Assembly (NCBI GenBank): GCA_002633005.1
Contig: NMRA01000245.1
Span: 434,001-498,000, forward strand
Reading direction: 5' to 3'
From: Phoronis australis
Taxonomy: Eukaryota > Animalia > Phoronida
Length of the DNA: 64,000 nt
The position numbers and the translations under genes were made by a program. Position 1 is the stretch's first letter; each line of letters opens with the position of its first letter. The notes under the pieces are model-generated. The model did not search any database. It saw only the letters and a program-made list of their open reading frames with translations, and had not been told where the DNA came from. Positions 39,804-53,607 of this stretch are shown here, in pieces.

Positions 39804-39923
39804 CCTTCTGACTTCTTACTTGTTTTTCTATATTCAGATTTTTCTACATTTTATATATTTATGACTAGGGACAGATTGCATTACTCAAACGATTAACCAG
39901 TGTTCAGACTGATTTGACTAAAC

Positions 39924-39929
39924 AATAAA
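39924..39929 (+). terminator. Candidate polyadenylation signal of the CA gene
   Basis: First AATAAA, about 120 nt after the stop codon. Confidence 0.4.
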
Positions 39930-41354
39930 ACAACATGAAAACGGAAGAATAATTAAAACGTTTCTTCAATGTTGAGAGAGTTCCATATTTAGCAGACACA
40001 ATCAACACCACTTTCAGGTTTCACTATTATTGTACAAGAAGTTGATGATGTTAGCACATTTTACTAGTTATCCCAGTTTATCCTTGACTGTCTGTATTGG
40101 CAAATGCCAAATATATGTGTATGCATGACTCCTAAATTGGTAGAAATATTCATTTAGGGTTAAGAATCTTTTGTATTGGGAAATGTGACATTTTGATGTC
40201 CGCATTGTAATGAGGTAGACTTCTTGCTTGAACAGCAACTTTAGTGAAACGTCTCACATTCACTGTAATCATGTGTAAAGCATTCTATTTTTATAATTGT
40301 TTGGGCTTTTCATTAGTTGTTATTAAGCCTTAAAGAGAGTTATGCCCCGTCTCCTGCAACCACGAATTATCAGAGTGGAAACTTAGCAAATCTTATGGTC
40401 TCATTTTTGTCACTCAAGGAAACATTTACAGACTAACAGATACTCATAGGATTCGACTCAAATCGCAAGAATGCAGCAGACTAAGAAGTTCAAGAATTCA
40501 TTACCAATACTTCACAGATGTTATAAATCAGCTACGAATATGCTGAATATATATCAAAATCAGGTACAATTGAAAGTGTTTTCTTGACTATTCTTGACAA
40601 GTATTTAATATTTTCAGTCAGCATAATTGCTTTGGCATGTTTTTGTGTGATTCATGACCTTTTGTTAGCCGATTACTTGGGTCAAACCAGAAATTTACCG
40701 ACTGTCGAACGAATCAAGACTACACAATTGCGTACATTCATTTGTCAAACCAATTAAGGATAAGTTACGAGTTTGATGAGAATCAAATTTTTGTGAATTG
40801 AAGAGAAAATGTTTTTTTTAATGTTTCAAAATCTTTCCACTAACCAAATATAAAAATTAATAGAAATTCAATGAGAACCCGAGTTCAGATCATTCCAAAC
40901 TGATTACGATACAACTGAATAGGTCAAATTTACGAACCTGAGAACAACCGGTGAAGGGCTCTTACGCTGTGCTTCAACTTGAGAACAAGCATTGAAATTC
41001 AATTCTTATGCATTTTAGATTAGATAACAAGGCAAAGTGTGCTTCCAAAATGCAATCTTTAGCAAATGCTCTAAACCTGAAGTTCTTTTTTTACACAAGC
41101 CCTTTGCAGTTTAATAATTAGACAAAATCTGCCACAAACGTAGTAGGAATAAAAATTTCAATGGAGATAATAGTTCTAGTGCAGCTCTCTTGATTTCAAA
41201 ACGAGGCTATTGATGTTTTAAACACCGGTTCAATCATGATTGAACGACAAATTATAGATATTTCAATCTAGATTCAACAGAGGTTTACTTTCACTGACAA
41301 ATGAGCACAAGTACGCTTGCACGCGCACACACACACAGAAACTTCGAATTCCTT

Positions 41355-44114
41355 TAGTTTTTATCCAATGTGAAATTTGCCCATCTTCCATTTGAACACT
41401 TCTCGTGTATTTCTTTTTAATGATCATAAAAATGAACCATCACTAGGGACTAAACTAGGGGTTTTCTGGATGGGGGCAGGAAAGCACACTGATGGCGGTT
41501 AACGTGCCTTCTCAATATCAGGTGAATTGGTTGCATTAGCTTATTATATTTTCAAGTCAAAACCAATAGGTCAATGAACTTGTAGAAAAAATGTTACATC
41601 ATCAATAAGTTCATCAGTGTCAATTCACATTTAAAGGGGAAAGCTACAGTTTCTGACATGAGTTTTAAAGTATTGAAAAATACAGACCTCTGGTCATCTT
41701 AGACAAATATTTTTTAAGTTAGAAACCGTTTCCCTGGAGTCTATTTAATATCCAAGCAACCATAGGAAGTGATGTCAACGGACCAGCAAAGGTCCGCATC
41801 TTGGTTGTGCATTGACAGCAAGCACAACGTCAGACTCGAAATTGAACACAGTCTTTGCTGGTCTTTCAAGTTTCTCAATGGATGCAAAACCAATATGTGA
41901 GCCTTTTGCTCGGTCGTTTACAGTGATTCTTTACGTAACTAACACACAATATGGCCAGGTAGTGAATTATATTTCATGAAACTTCTCAACATAAATAAAG
42001 ATGAAGAAAACTTTATATACTAGCGTGGGCTGTACTGTATATATGTCATGGAATAACTACTGGTGAATTGTCTATTATTTGCACTAAAATAATCAGCCTT
42101 ATTTGAGACAATTTTGGCAACTATTTTTGTGTGAAATAAGTGAAGAATTACTGTACATTATTTTCAGTTTATTGTATCGAATACTTAATATATAACAAGA
42201 AAACGGTAACAAAACAAAAAAACCGTCTCTCTGAGATAACCAGGGGGATGTATACTTTTTGGAAAAAGTAGAATAAAAATGCTGATTTTCATTTCTGGTG
42301 TGAAATTCTTTTATGCAACTATAAACCGGTATTCAGTCCATGAAGGGAAATTTTGGCTTAGATCATTTCCTCTATGAAATTGGTCTCATACTGTTCCTGT
42401 TTCAGATGAGAAATTATTTCTGGGTTTGCATGGAGTTGACTGAAGAGACCACATGTGGTCATAAAATGACATGCTGTGACAGGCCAATTGCAGAGTCAAG
42501 TCTCAAGCAATAATACACGGTTGATTATTTTAAGCTTTGAAATCAAGTACCAATTTGGCTGAGCTTAGAGGAACCAGAAGTGGTTTCTAGGACAAAGGAA
42601 CAATCTGGGACACGTTTCACCGTAGTACGTGGCCTGAATTCAAAGTTTGTTTTATTATGGAAGGTAGGTTTACACGAGCCGCTTTATATTGTTATTTACA
42701 GCTAGCTCATGAAGTTCACAAGGTTAANTAGTTTTTATCCAATGTGAAATTTGCCCATCTTCCATTTGAACACTTCTCGTGTATTTCTTTTTAATGATCA
42801 TAAAAATGAACCATCACTAGGGACTAAACTAGGGGTTTTCTGGATGGGGGCGGGAAAGCACACTGATGGCGGTTAACGTGCCTTCTCAATATCAGGTGAA
42901 TTGGTTGCATTAGCTTATTATATTTTCAAGTCAAAACCAATAGGTCAATGAACTTGTAGAAAAAATGTTACATCATCAATAAGTTCATCAGTGTCAATTC
43001 ACATTTAAAGAGGAAAGCTACAGTTTCTGACTTAAGTTTTAAACTACTAAAAAATACAGACCTCTGGTCATCTTAGACAAATATTTTTTAAGTTAGAGAC
43101 CGTTTTCCTGGAGTCTATTTAATATCCAAGCAACCATAGGAAGTGATGTCAACGGACCAGCAAAGGTCCGCATCTTGGTTGTGCATTCACTGCCATTGTC
43201 AGCAAGCACAACGTCAGACTCGAAATTGAACACAGTCTTTGCTGGTCTTTTAAGTTTGCTCAATGGATGCAAAACCAATATGTGAGCCTTTTGCTCGGTC
43301 GTTTACAGTGATTCTTTACGTAACTACCACACAATATGGCCAGGTAGTGAATTATATTTCATGAAACTTCTCAACATAAATAAAGATGAAGAAAACTTTA
43401 GTCTATTACTAGCATGGGCTGTACTGTATATATGTCATGGAATTACTGGTGAATTGTCTATTATTTGCACTAAAATCATCAGCCTTATTTGAGACAATTT
43501 TGGCAACTATTTTTGTGTGAAATAAGTGAAGAATTACTGTACATTAATTTCAGTTTATTGTATCGAATACTTAATATATAACAAGAAAACGGTAACAAAA
43601 CAACAAAAAATGTCTCTCTGAGATAACCAGGGGGATGTATACTTTTTGGAAAAAGTAGAATAAAAATGCAGATTTTCATTTCTGGTGTGAAATTCTTTCA
43701 TGCGACTATAAACCGGTATTCAGTCCATGAAGGGAAATTTTGGCTTAGATCATTTCCTCTATGAAATTGGTCTCATATTGTTCCTGTTTCAGATGAGAAA
43801 TTATTTCTGGGTTTGCATGGAGTTGACTGAAGAGACCACATGTGGTCATAAAATGACATGCTGTGACAGGCCAATTGTAGAGTCAAGTCTCAAGCAATAG
43901 TACACGGTTGATTATTTTAAGCTTTGAAATCAAGTACCAATTTGGCTGAGCTTTGAGGAACCAGAAGTGGTTTCTAGGACAAAGGAACAATCTGGGACAC
44001 GTTTCACCGTAGTACGTGGCCTGAATTCAAAGTTTGTTTTATTATGGAAGGTAGGTTTACACGAGCCGCTTTACATTGTTATTTACAGCTAGCTCATGAA
44101 GTTCACAAGGTTAA
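41355..44114. repeat. Tandem near-duplication of about 1.4 kb (41355-42727 / 42729-44114) joined by N at 42728; probably an assembly artefact
   Basis: Colinear copies with few SNPs and indels; the first copy ends where the 44.1-kb hairpin would begin. Confidence 0.9.
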
Positions 44115-44422
44115 CATTTTAAGTCTGCTCTGTGCGCCACCTGTTGGTCACATCACAAGAACTAATGAACATAAGTCCGGAAAGATTTTTGGCCTAACCG
44201 GGACTCGAACCCGGAACCTTCTGCTAACCGTGTAGACACTCTAGTCCACGGTTAGCAGAAGGTCCCAGGTTCTAGTCCCGGTCTGGGCAGAAATCTTTTC
44301 AGACTTAAGTTCATTAGGTCACGTGATGTGGCCAACAGGTGGCGTGCAGACCAGACTTAAAAATGTTTGTGATTTATATTTCCAGGCTGGTTCAAGATCT
44401 GTATATATGTACATAAATTATA
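44103..44422. mobile_element. Head-to-head inverted dimer of a tRNA-derived SINE-like repeat
   Basis: Arms ~44103-44232 and ~44247-44371 are reverse complements. Each has a T-arm/B box (GGTTCGAGTCCCGG on minus, GGTTCTAGTCCCGG on plus). A 13-bp direct repeat TAGCTCATGAAGT flanks it at 44090-44102 and 44423-44435. Confidence 0.75.
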
Positions 44423-47400
44423 TAGCTCATGAAGTGGTTACAGTTTAGGACTCCTGTCAACACCATTGTGCTTTGTTCTAGAAATGAACCCTGTGGTTTG
44501 AAGTACTTGGGACATACCGTAACCCAGTTTCATTTTTTGTAAAACTCATGTAAATGTCAGCATTGTAAAATTTGAAGCATATTCAGATTTTGTACAGAAG
44601 TTTAATAAAATACTAATGGAGCTTCATGTATTATCAATAATCTGTAATAACATTTTTGATGCTTGAGAATTATTTTGACTCTTATTTTTCATACTTCAAT
44701 CAATAAAACACTTTGTTGTTAATCTGCAGAGGACAGACTGTGGTTGGTGTTATGATCATGATAAACCAGCGCAGATAATTGATTAAATTAAAAAAGTGCA
44801 GGAAACAACGCTTACTCACAAATTTTGTGTGAAAGTTCACCGGAACTACGGCGTGCAGAAACAGAAAAGTCCTCATGCAGTCATTGTCACAACCACAGGA
44901 CGGAACAACTTTACCACTAAAAAATTGCTGAGGATCATCTTTTGGCGAAGCGTAACTTGAAAACACATTTAGTTCTTCGTGACTTCAAAGTTTATCTGAA
45001 AGCCACCCATAAATATTAGAGAAATTAGCTTGACCAACTTGTTTTTGTTGCCACTCCAAACCTTGAACCTTATGAGAGCTTTTTAAAGGCAGACTTTGAA
45101 AAGCGCCACTCTACAAGCCACTAGCCTTGTGTATGATCAATAAAACATAACACTGAATAAACTTGAAATGCAAATTTCTTTTAAACGATTGACCATCTCC
45201 AAGTGAGTACAAAGAATAAATAAAATTTCTAAACTGGATGTTCAAATTAGTGAAATGGTGATATTTTGAAAATATTGGCAAGATAAACAGCTTATGCTGT
45301 CTTCATAAAGCAAATCACATGGCCAAAGATTCAACTCTATGATAAAGAACATTTCCAATAGATGGCGCTCAGTGTAAATGCCTCATAGAGTTGTGTTACA
45401 AAGTTACCCACCCTAAAGTGCAACTAACTAGTATGTAACTGGCAGTATATAGGTTGAAAAATCACAGTAAGGTCTCTTTGCCACTTCCTTAACTGTCACA
45501 TTCCGTACTACAATAATTATACTGTATTAAATTGGGAAACTGGGATAATTTAAACACACAGTATTTTCCCACTGGAAGGAGACAAGGTGTTCCAAATACT
45601 TTGCTTGTTCAGTACTCAACAGGGAGTTTTGAGAGTTAAAATTTGCGCAAGAAGGGCATTCACTAAGACATGAAAACCTTCAACAAAGGATGAATTGTGC
45701 GTGTGCGCAAACATGGGTGCTAAAAAGTGATGATTTCAAAATTTGACAAGAAGGCATTAGTTACACTATACAAGAATCGTAATTGTCGACACAACATGAA
45801 ATTCTGAGCACTCTCAACGAAGTTAAATTGTTTGAAAAGCTACATTGCGCACAGAGTTAAGTGTGTTGCGTTCAACTAGGTGAAATAAAACCATAGGGGG
45901 TTTCCGTTGGACAGGTGTCCAGTTGTAGGAAAACTGACGGAGAATACACTGATTCTCCACTCAAAATTGAAGAAAGTTCACTGTAACTGCCAGGGACGCT
46001 TAAAATTTTCAATATGTCCACATTTTAAAAACTTCTGTTGCAGATGATACGCTCATTTTTGATAACTATGCTATGTTATTGTATTGTATTGTTTGTTTTA
46101 ACATGAGTTCGAAAATTGGGTGTCAGATGTCCATTTTTTGAAACCACTCTCTAAGTGGGCAAGAATCCTAATTTTCTAGCACAGCACCCCTTTGTCAAAC
46201 ATACAGTCAAGTACCCTCCTTCCAGGTGCCAGAGGAGCATGCTCTTCCCAATAATTCAAAATATCGAGGGCAAAACCTTGGTGGCGCCCACTGGGTGAAG
46301 GTAAAATTGTAACACAGTAAATCTGTGAATTCGTCTTTGGCCCTTGATATTGTTGCCTTGTAGCATAGGCAATAATTTTTGTTCATTTCTCCACGTCAAA
46401 TACCAACACCCAGCCTTCCTTTTTACAGCATGTCAATCATTCAACTAAGAAATGTAAACAAAATCTGGGAATACTGCCTAGAGCAAATGTTGCCATTTTC
46501 AAACTGTTGAGCTCAAGATGGAGAATGTGGGTTCAATGATCTGCAGGAAGGTTAAGTAACTGGTGGTGCAGTTTGTTAAACATGTGTACTTTGGTAAACC
46601 TAACAAACCACAGGCATGGAAGCTCTTGAACTGGCAACCATTTTGTTTATGTGCACAAGATATTTCGAAAAAAACAAAGGTACCTGACAAAAGTCATTCA
46701 ACCTTAGCAAATTTTCCAGATGAAGGAATCATCAAGATAGAACAACCTCTTTAAGCATGGTAATGTTTTCAGGCTCTTACATAGACAGCACAAGTTTTGC
46801 TTGAGCAAAGATTAAAGAAAAAAATACCACAAAAAGCACACTAGTTTTAAAATAACTTTCTTGATATTTGCATGAACACACACAAACAAATTCAAAATGC
46901 CTTGTTTCTTTAAAAACAGCACCAGTTCTAGCCATTGCAGATAAAACAATCACCATAGGCATACAGTGAGGACAGTTTCTCTATTCAGAAAAAACCCTAA
47001 CTGATGCAACTTCAACAGAAAACCAAAAACCCACAATTTGCAGAGTAGTGAACATGCCTAATCCATCATTTTTATAAATGGAGAAATTGTTCCAACTTGT
47101 ATTTGTTAAACAGCTAATAATCAGAGTTTAATGAATATTCAAAACATCAGGCAGCACCATAGTTCTGCATTGGCACTCACAGTTTAGAGATGGCTTAGTG
47201 TAACAACACAGGTTAGATAACTCGGCCACTGCAGATCCTTAGATCCATTCAAAGTGATAAGCAGATACTGTCCATGGAGTTCCTTTTAAGTTCTGTGCCA
47301 AGAAGGACTTTCCTCTACTAAAACTTCAAAAACCTACACAAGGGCCTCTCCAAGCATTGACTTTAATGTGAACTTCAGTCTCCACTGAATGTGGATGCCC

Positions 47401-48336
47401 TTGAATGACCCTAAAACTCCAACTACCAAAATAATGATATGATAATGTCATTGACAGAATAGCAATAATGAATACATTGCAATAAATTTACCATCTTTAC
47501 TATCCTTAAGATAATCATCATCATTATAATTATTATAACTATAAATATTAATTAGTTTCGTACTGCTAGGTGAAACAGCGAGTAAGTGCAGACTAAGGCA
47601 ACAATTTTAATGCACTTAGTCTTTTAATGTTCTATCAGAAGGAATTGTATTGATACTTAAATCCCTCCAGACTCCTAATAGTCGCACATTCAGGTAGATT
47701 AATGACAAATTAATGGAATTAAGATTGGACCTGACTGCACATTGGTAAAGGGTTATCACTCCATCGTCTGAGACGGCAACTAATCTAGATCAAAGACTCG
47801 AGTAAAAACGACAACTCAATTTTAAAAATCAATTATTTAATGATTACTCTTACGTAAAGTTGTCTCTTGCCAATTTACTTTACAGTAAAAATAAAACAGT
47901 AACTCATTAAAGGTTGTAATTTATTAAATATCAGAGCTTTCATTCATACAATTATGTCCTCTTCACAAGAATCAATTAGAAATTGACTTAAAAATACATA
48001 TAAGTGACTGACAGACCCAAACTAATGCAAGCATTCTTGTTCAGCAAACATTTTGCTATTTTCACTATTTTCGATACCCCAAAAAACAGATTTTCAGCAA
48101 GCAAACACAATTTACTGTAAGTTTTGATTGACAAAACTGACTAAGTTATAGAGTGCCTGAACCATAAATGGCTAAACACCTCTCAGCCCTTGCCTCCTGT
48201 TTGTTACTTTTATTCTCACCAGTGTCCTGTTTCTAAACAGTTTATTCATGGCTTTTGTCCAAAAATAAGTCTTTCGAGCTGAGGCTGAAAGTCGGAAAAT
48301 CTGCATACAACTCGAAGTCAAAAGACAGAAATATGG

Positions 48337-48465
48337 CTGGGGTCTGCTCGACTAGACAAAAGACAAAATGTTCCCAGAAACGCAAGACAAAAAATTTTTG
48401 GCTTGACTTGAAAGTCAAGTATCTGAAGACATAAGCCAATAGTCTGGTCGAGAAACAGGCCCCAG
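48337..48465. mobile_element. Small Harbinger-like TIR element
   Basis: CTGGGGTCTG..CTCGACTAGAC ... GTCTGGTCGAGAAACAGGCCCCAG imperfect terminal inverted repeats. Confidence 0.45.
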
Positions 48466-51441
48466 CTTAGCGACTGGTTTGATTTAGGATGCATTACAGG
48501 ACAGTCAATCCTATTTTTCCAGGAATTTAAAACAAATCCATTTCTAGCCGACCTTGGGGATTGGCAATTATTTTTAATGAAAACGAATGATATACATTAT
48601 GCAAAATTTTAAACCTATTACAGAATCTTCACAAAAAATGTTCATTGGCTGCTACTGCAGGGTTCAAAAGATACCTTTTTTTCATCGCCGTTGCTGACAG
48701 CAAACATGGAAATGGTGATCAACATACTCCTACATTTTGCTAAATGGCGAACAAAAATTGTTCATCAGTTACTTAGATTTTGCCAACAGAATCTGCTACC
48801 CACAGAATAGTGTGTGATGAACATGATTTTGGAGTCTAAGTGACACCACAACAATTCTACAATGTGCCACCTGGCCTCCTGAAGAGTTCTGTAATACTTA
48901 ACTAAATAATGCAGACAATCCATAACCATGCAGTGGCTCCACTGTCACAAGGCAAGTCACAGTTGCAGACATTTGTGTACTCAAGTTTGAAATGTGGAAA
49001 GGCTGCATTTATGCAGTAGTCAGACTGTCTCATAAAGATTGTCTGTGCACCATTTGGTAACCAATTTTCATAAGTATGAAATGCTGTAGAGAGAAATAGA
49101 AAATTATTCAGTTCAATTTGAATTTTGAAATTAGTTCTTTCATTGGACAACATTGTTTTTGATCCCTGACATCATAAATGAATGCATGATTGCCTGCCAG
49201 TTTTTCAGTCATTACATCATAGCAATATTAACCAATCATATTCAGGAGAACTGTGTAATGTGGTGAGTTAATCTACATAATGCCATATTTGGACATGACC
49301 CATCATGCATGTTCATAACTGTGGAACGAAGTAAACAAGGCCAGGAATTGGTCCTCAGAAACAATGAGATAAATATAACTAGAGTTGACATCACGTGGTT
49401 TTCGTTGAGCGGAGTGGTCCGCCATCTTGCTGATGAATCATAGTGGGGCGTGATGCCCATGTATTGTGCAGCATTTAACAAGTTGAACATAACTCCACAC
49501 TGCATCATTCAATACCTGTAATGTAAGGCAGATGCTTACCAAGCTCATTTTGTTCAAAGGCCAGTGAATTTTATGGTAGTCCTATAAAAACAGCATATTT
49601 GGTTCCAATTGTAATTTTCTTAAGTTGATGCGATGTTCTAGTTTTAAGGTGTCCAAATTTTGGAATAAAAAAATTTGCATTATGCCAGCTTGAAGTTCAG
49701 AACGGGTCGGTATCATTAAGTTCCCAGCATCGCGTGATGTTGGCTAAAATGGTTCAGGCTCTCTTTCCCCCTGTGTCACCTGATGCCAGCTGAACTTGGT
49801 CGAATTTTTCTGTCTATAAAGTGAGTCGGTGGTTTTCAAAATGACCCATACACAGGTCAGAACCAATTTTTCAATTTTTGGTCTTTTGAGGTTTCAAGTA
49901 TGGAATTAGTTTGAATCCCTGGCCAAAATCTTTGAAAAGGAGTGGATGCTCGTTGATGAAAATAACTATTTGCATTTTTCTTAATTCGCATATAATTATC
50001 CGTTTGAAGCCCTGTGCAACTGTGTTTTGAGCTGAAAATATAATTCAAATAAAACAAAATTGCAGGGGAGAATTAAATATCAGAAACAATTGTTCATCAC
50101 ATCTACTCGATAGTTTTTGTATTAACTTGCCAAATTAAAAAACCTTAAACCAGTTGAACCCTGAAGTGGACATTAGCAAACCATGTTCTTCAGCCGTGGC
50201 TAGTTCGAATGGATAAGTCAACAGGAAATGGACTTAGCTTGTCAGAGTGTCTCATTACGGCGTTTTCCGGTTGATCTCAACTTGTTCGATTCTATAGCCC
50301 AACAAGTTGGGAAGATCACCCCTGTAGCCAATATCTTACACGACTGATTAACTCCATTCTGGCATTTATGGTTGGAGGGCCAGCTTTCTTTTGTTCGATA
50401 ATTGCTCTAATCTAGGATCAGATCATATCTAGCCTGACTAGGCTGTGCTGCTAAAAATGAATAAGGAGAGAATTCTTGTACTTTAAGAAAAGCGACTCGG
50501 GTCTTATTGGTATGAAATGAAATGTGTATCTTATTAGGTTTGACCCTGGGAGTAATACTTCAAATTTAATATACCTTCCATAATGCAAATCATTAATTTA
50601 GACCTATTGGTTCTTAAATAAACTATGGAACAAAACACGTAACGTAGTCCAAGTGGCATAGGCGCAGACGTCTATCCAAGGCGGCATCCCAACAAGAAGG
50701 ATAATGGGAAAAGCTGGAACACGGCACAGAGAAAGATGAGAGTCAGAGGTGAGTGGGATCACCTTTCAATTTATTATGCATAACAAACAGAAGCACAGGT
50801 GCAATCCGCAAGTCGTAAAACTCACAAGAACTGTTGCTGCACTTTCTTTCACTGCTACAATTGCAAAACGTAAATCAATCTTTTGCTATTAAACTAAACC
50901 TAGCTCGGTGAACTTTTTAGCACTGCTACCGACGTGAAAAACTGCTAGTGCCACCTGCAGCCGTAGAAACCGCAGTTACCGATACATCAACAGAAGATCA
51001 AAGCCACAAAACAACATGTCTACCGAGTTGTCGGAAGTTCACAGCCTTTCTCTTTAGTAAATTGATCATGTAATGCATCACGCAGGAAGGAAGTCAAACA
51101 CATCAGTTTAAAAGGATACACTAGAATTATCTTATTGTGATTTGTTTATGCTCGTAATTAGCACTGCTCAATATTGCCGAATACTCCCAATTAGCACGCG
51201 TTTCCTCTTCAGTGCCACCAGGTGTCATTTTACGTTCAATGCTCAAGGGAACCCACGAAAACAAAAACAGAAGAGCATGCGGAGACAACTCAAATCTAAA
51301 AGTGCAAACTCGTCTTCCATTACAATATTTCGATTTATCTCGACTTAACTTACTGTCATGAAATTGGCCTTAAATCGCTCTTCAGTCAAATTTGAAGTAA
51401 TCAGGGCTACAAATGAATTGACAGTTGCAGTTTGTAGGGCA

Positions 51442-52332
51442 TGCCCACATTTTGAAAACCAGTTTGATGTCCATTATTGAGTGGAGAAAACTGGTGGTTC
51501 TCAAAATTCGGGCACCTTATATCCGACCATTACCGTCTATGCTTTTGGTAATGAGACCACCCTTGGCTATGGCTTATGCACTGAGAAAGGCCTCAAGGAA
51601 TAACAAATCATCAGTTGTTTGTAAACCCAGAAAGCACTTGCACCATCTGAGAAAAATGAAGCCAATTTAGGCTAGTCAGGTCCAAACTAAAAGTCCAACT
51701 CTTGGACGAAAGGCAGATTTACAGGCACTTTAAAATAAACGTCTTGTCGACACGTGTAAGCAATGTTGCGTGGCTCTACTCATCCAAAGAATATTCCACA
51801 CGAGTTGAATAATGGTAATCGACCATCATCGCAATCCAGCGTCAATTTGAATTGGGGATCGCTGTAACTTAATAGTGGTGGTTTTCTATTAAATTTCCCA
51901 ACAAATTACTAGATGAATTATGAGGAAACTTTCCCTTACTGTCCGTCAAAATCCTAAACTGATTAGGTGGGATATTCAACGTGACATAGCACGCTAATGA
52001 GCAAGGTACGCTAGACTTTACAGGAAAAGGCCCATGACTCACACGTGATTTAATTTCCTTCGAGGTTCAAGTCAATGTAGAAAAAGGAATCGAAAGTACA
52101 CAGTGAACTATTGTCATTTTGGTAAAAGGATAGCAATCGGAGAATTTAATTTTCTTGATGATTGACTTAGGAAGAAGGTTGAAAACAATAGCAAGAGCCC
52201 AAACTGCTACCAAGCCTGATGGGTAATGATCTGATACAATGTGCCCAAATTTTGAGAACCAGTTTTCTCCACTGATTTAACGGGCATCAAACTGGTTCAC
52301 AAAATATGGGCACATTATATCGGACTATCACC
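51442..52332. repeat. Two inverted copies of a ~100-bp self-complementary repeat (~51442-51534 and ~52222-52332)
   Basis: tgccc..attttg..aaccagtttgatg...gtggagaaaactgg..ttctcaaaatt.gggcac occurs on opposite strands. Confidence 0.65.
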
Positions 52333-52946
52333 GCCTGGTGGATGAATACTCAAAAGCGCTGTACTTTACAAAGAGTTGGGTCTAGATTTGAGCAAAAAGA
52401 CAAAACGTAGATAGTTAATAACAAGCTCTATAATATGATGGCCCCGGAGTAAACAGTGGCAATTGAATTTTGCATTATTTACCCACAATGCAACAAAATC
52501 CGTTAAGCAGTACTCTAGCATCGCTTTTGCGCCATTGATGTTTCTTTACTTGGTAATTTCCTTTGTTCAAGTATTTTTGACTAGCGGTTTTGACGATTTC
52601 CACCAATCCTTGTTCTGTCACCTGCTTATCATTGGCATCAATCTTCCAAGTTAAAGGCAGGAATCAACTAAAAAGTTATGCTTCCTGTGTCACAGATTGG
52701 ACACTGTGGTCCTTAATGGGTGGTCTTTTCCCACAGTTGCCGGGGTAATTGGCTATAGCCAGGTCACTTTTGCCATTTTGCAGACTTTTCAAAGGAGTTT
52801 TCAATTTTTCATCCAAACTTTTAAGGTCTGCCGAGGGCTACAGGAAATTATTTTGTTTCAGGGAACTGGATGCTAAAGCCGTGTTTAGTATATGCTAATA
52901 CGACAAAACCAGGTTTGGAATCCTTTTAAATGTATTTGATCTTCCA

Positions 52947-53150
52947 ATGTCAACAAAGTTTTACTGCTGTGCTGTGGACTACAACTCTGATGGCAGAAGG
53001 TAGGATCAACTTGGAAGTATCCATGGATCCCATATTTTCCAATGTGATTCCTAGAATCAGTCCAACATTTTTAAAAACGAGCCGAATGTAACAATAACTT
53101 TCTCCAAGACAAGAATTCTATCCTGGACCCTCCTACTATGTTTGTGTAGT
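52947..53150 (+). pseudogene. Decayed THAP-domain remnant (MSTKFYCCAVDYNSD...; stop and frameshift)
   Basis: Shares the cttccaATG context and the YCCAV..NSD...KYPW pattern with 30900-31016. Confidence 0.55.
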
Positions 53151-53311
53151 CAGCAGACTGGCCCATGATCAAACTGTGGCTAACAGAAAGTAGAAATAAA
53201 TAAGAACAAAAATAATGGTCAAAATTTTCACTTTTCACTTTTCAAATGCTCACTATACTGCCAAAAATTTTCAAAACTTCATCATGTCCTAAGGCATCAG
53301 TTGAGATATCA

Positions 53312-53607
53312 AAATACAGAAAAAAATAAGTCAAACACATTAATTTGCTTCATTGAGTTAGTGACATTGGCTCCGTCTCTCACAGACTTGTGCTTGGCTA
53401 GTGATGTTACTATCGTTCTAGCTTCCAACTGTCACCCATATGGGATAGTTTCCTGACCTCAATGCCGCGTTGCCTGGCTTAGACGCCACCTATTGGCCAG
53501 AAGGATAGTAATACCACTAGTCAAGCTCAAGTCCGTGAGAGACAGATGCCACGTCGCTAACTCAAGTAAGTGAATTCTAGTATTTGACTTATTTTTTTTC
53601 TGTATTT
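53312..53607. mobile_element. Foldback/MITE with ~105-bp imperfect inverted arms
   Basis: ~53312-53419 is the reverse complement of ~53499-53607, around an ~80-nt spacer. Confidence 0.65.
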
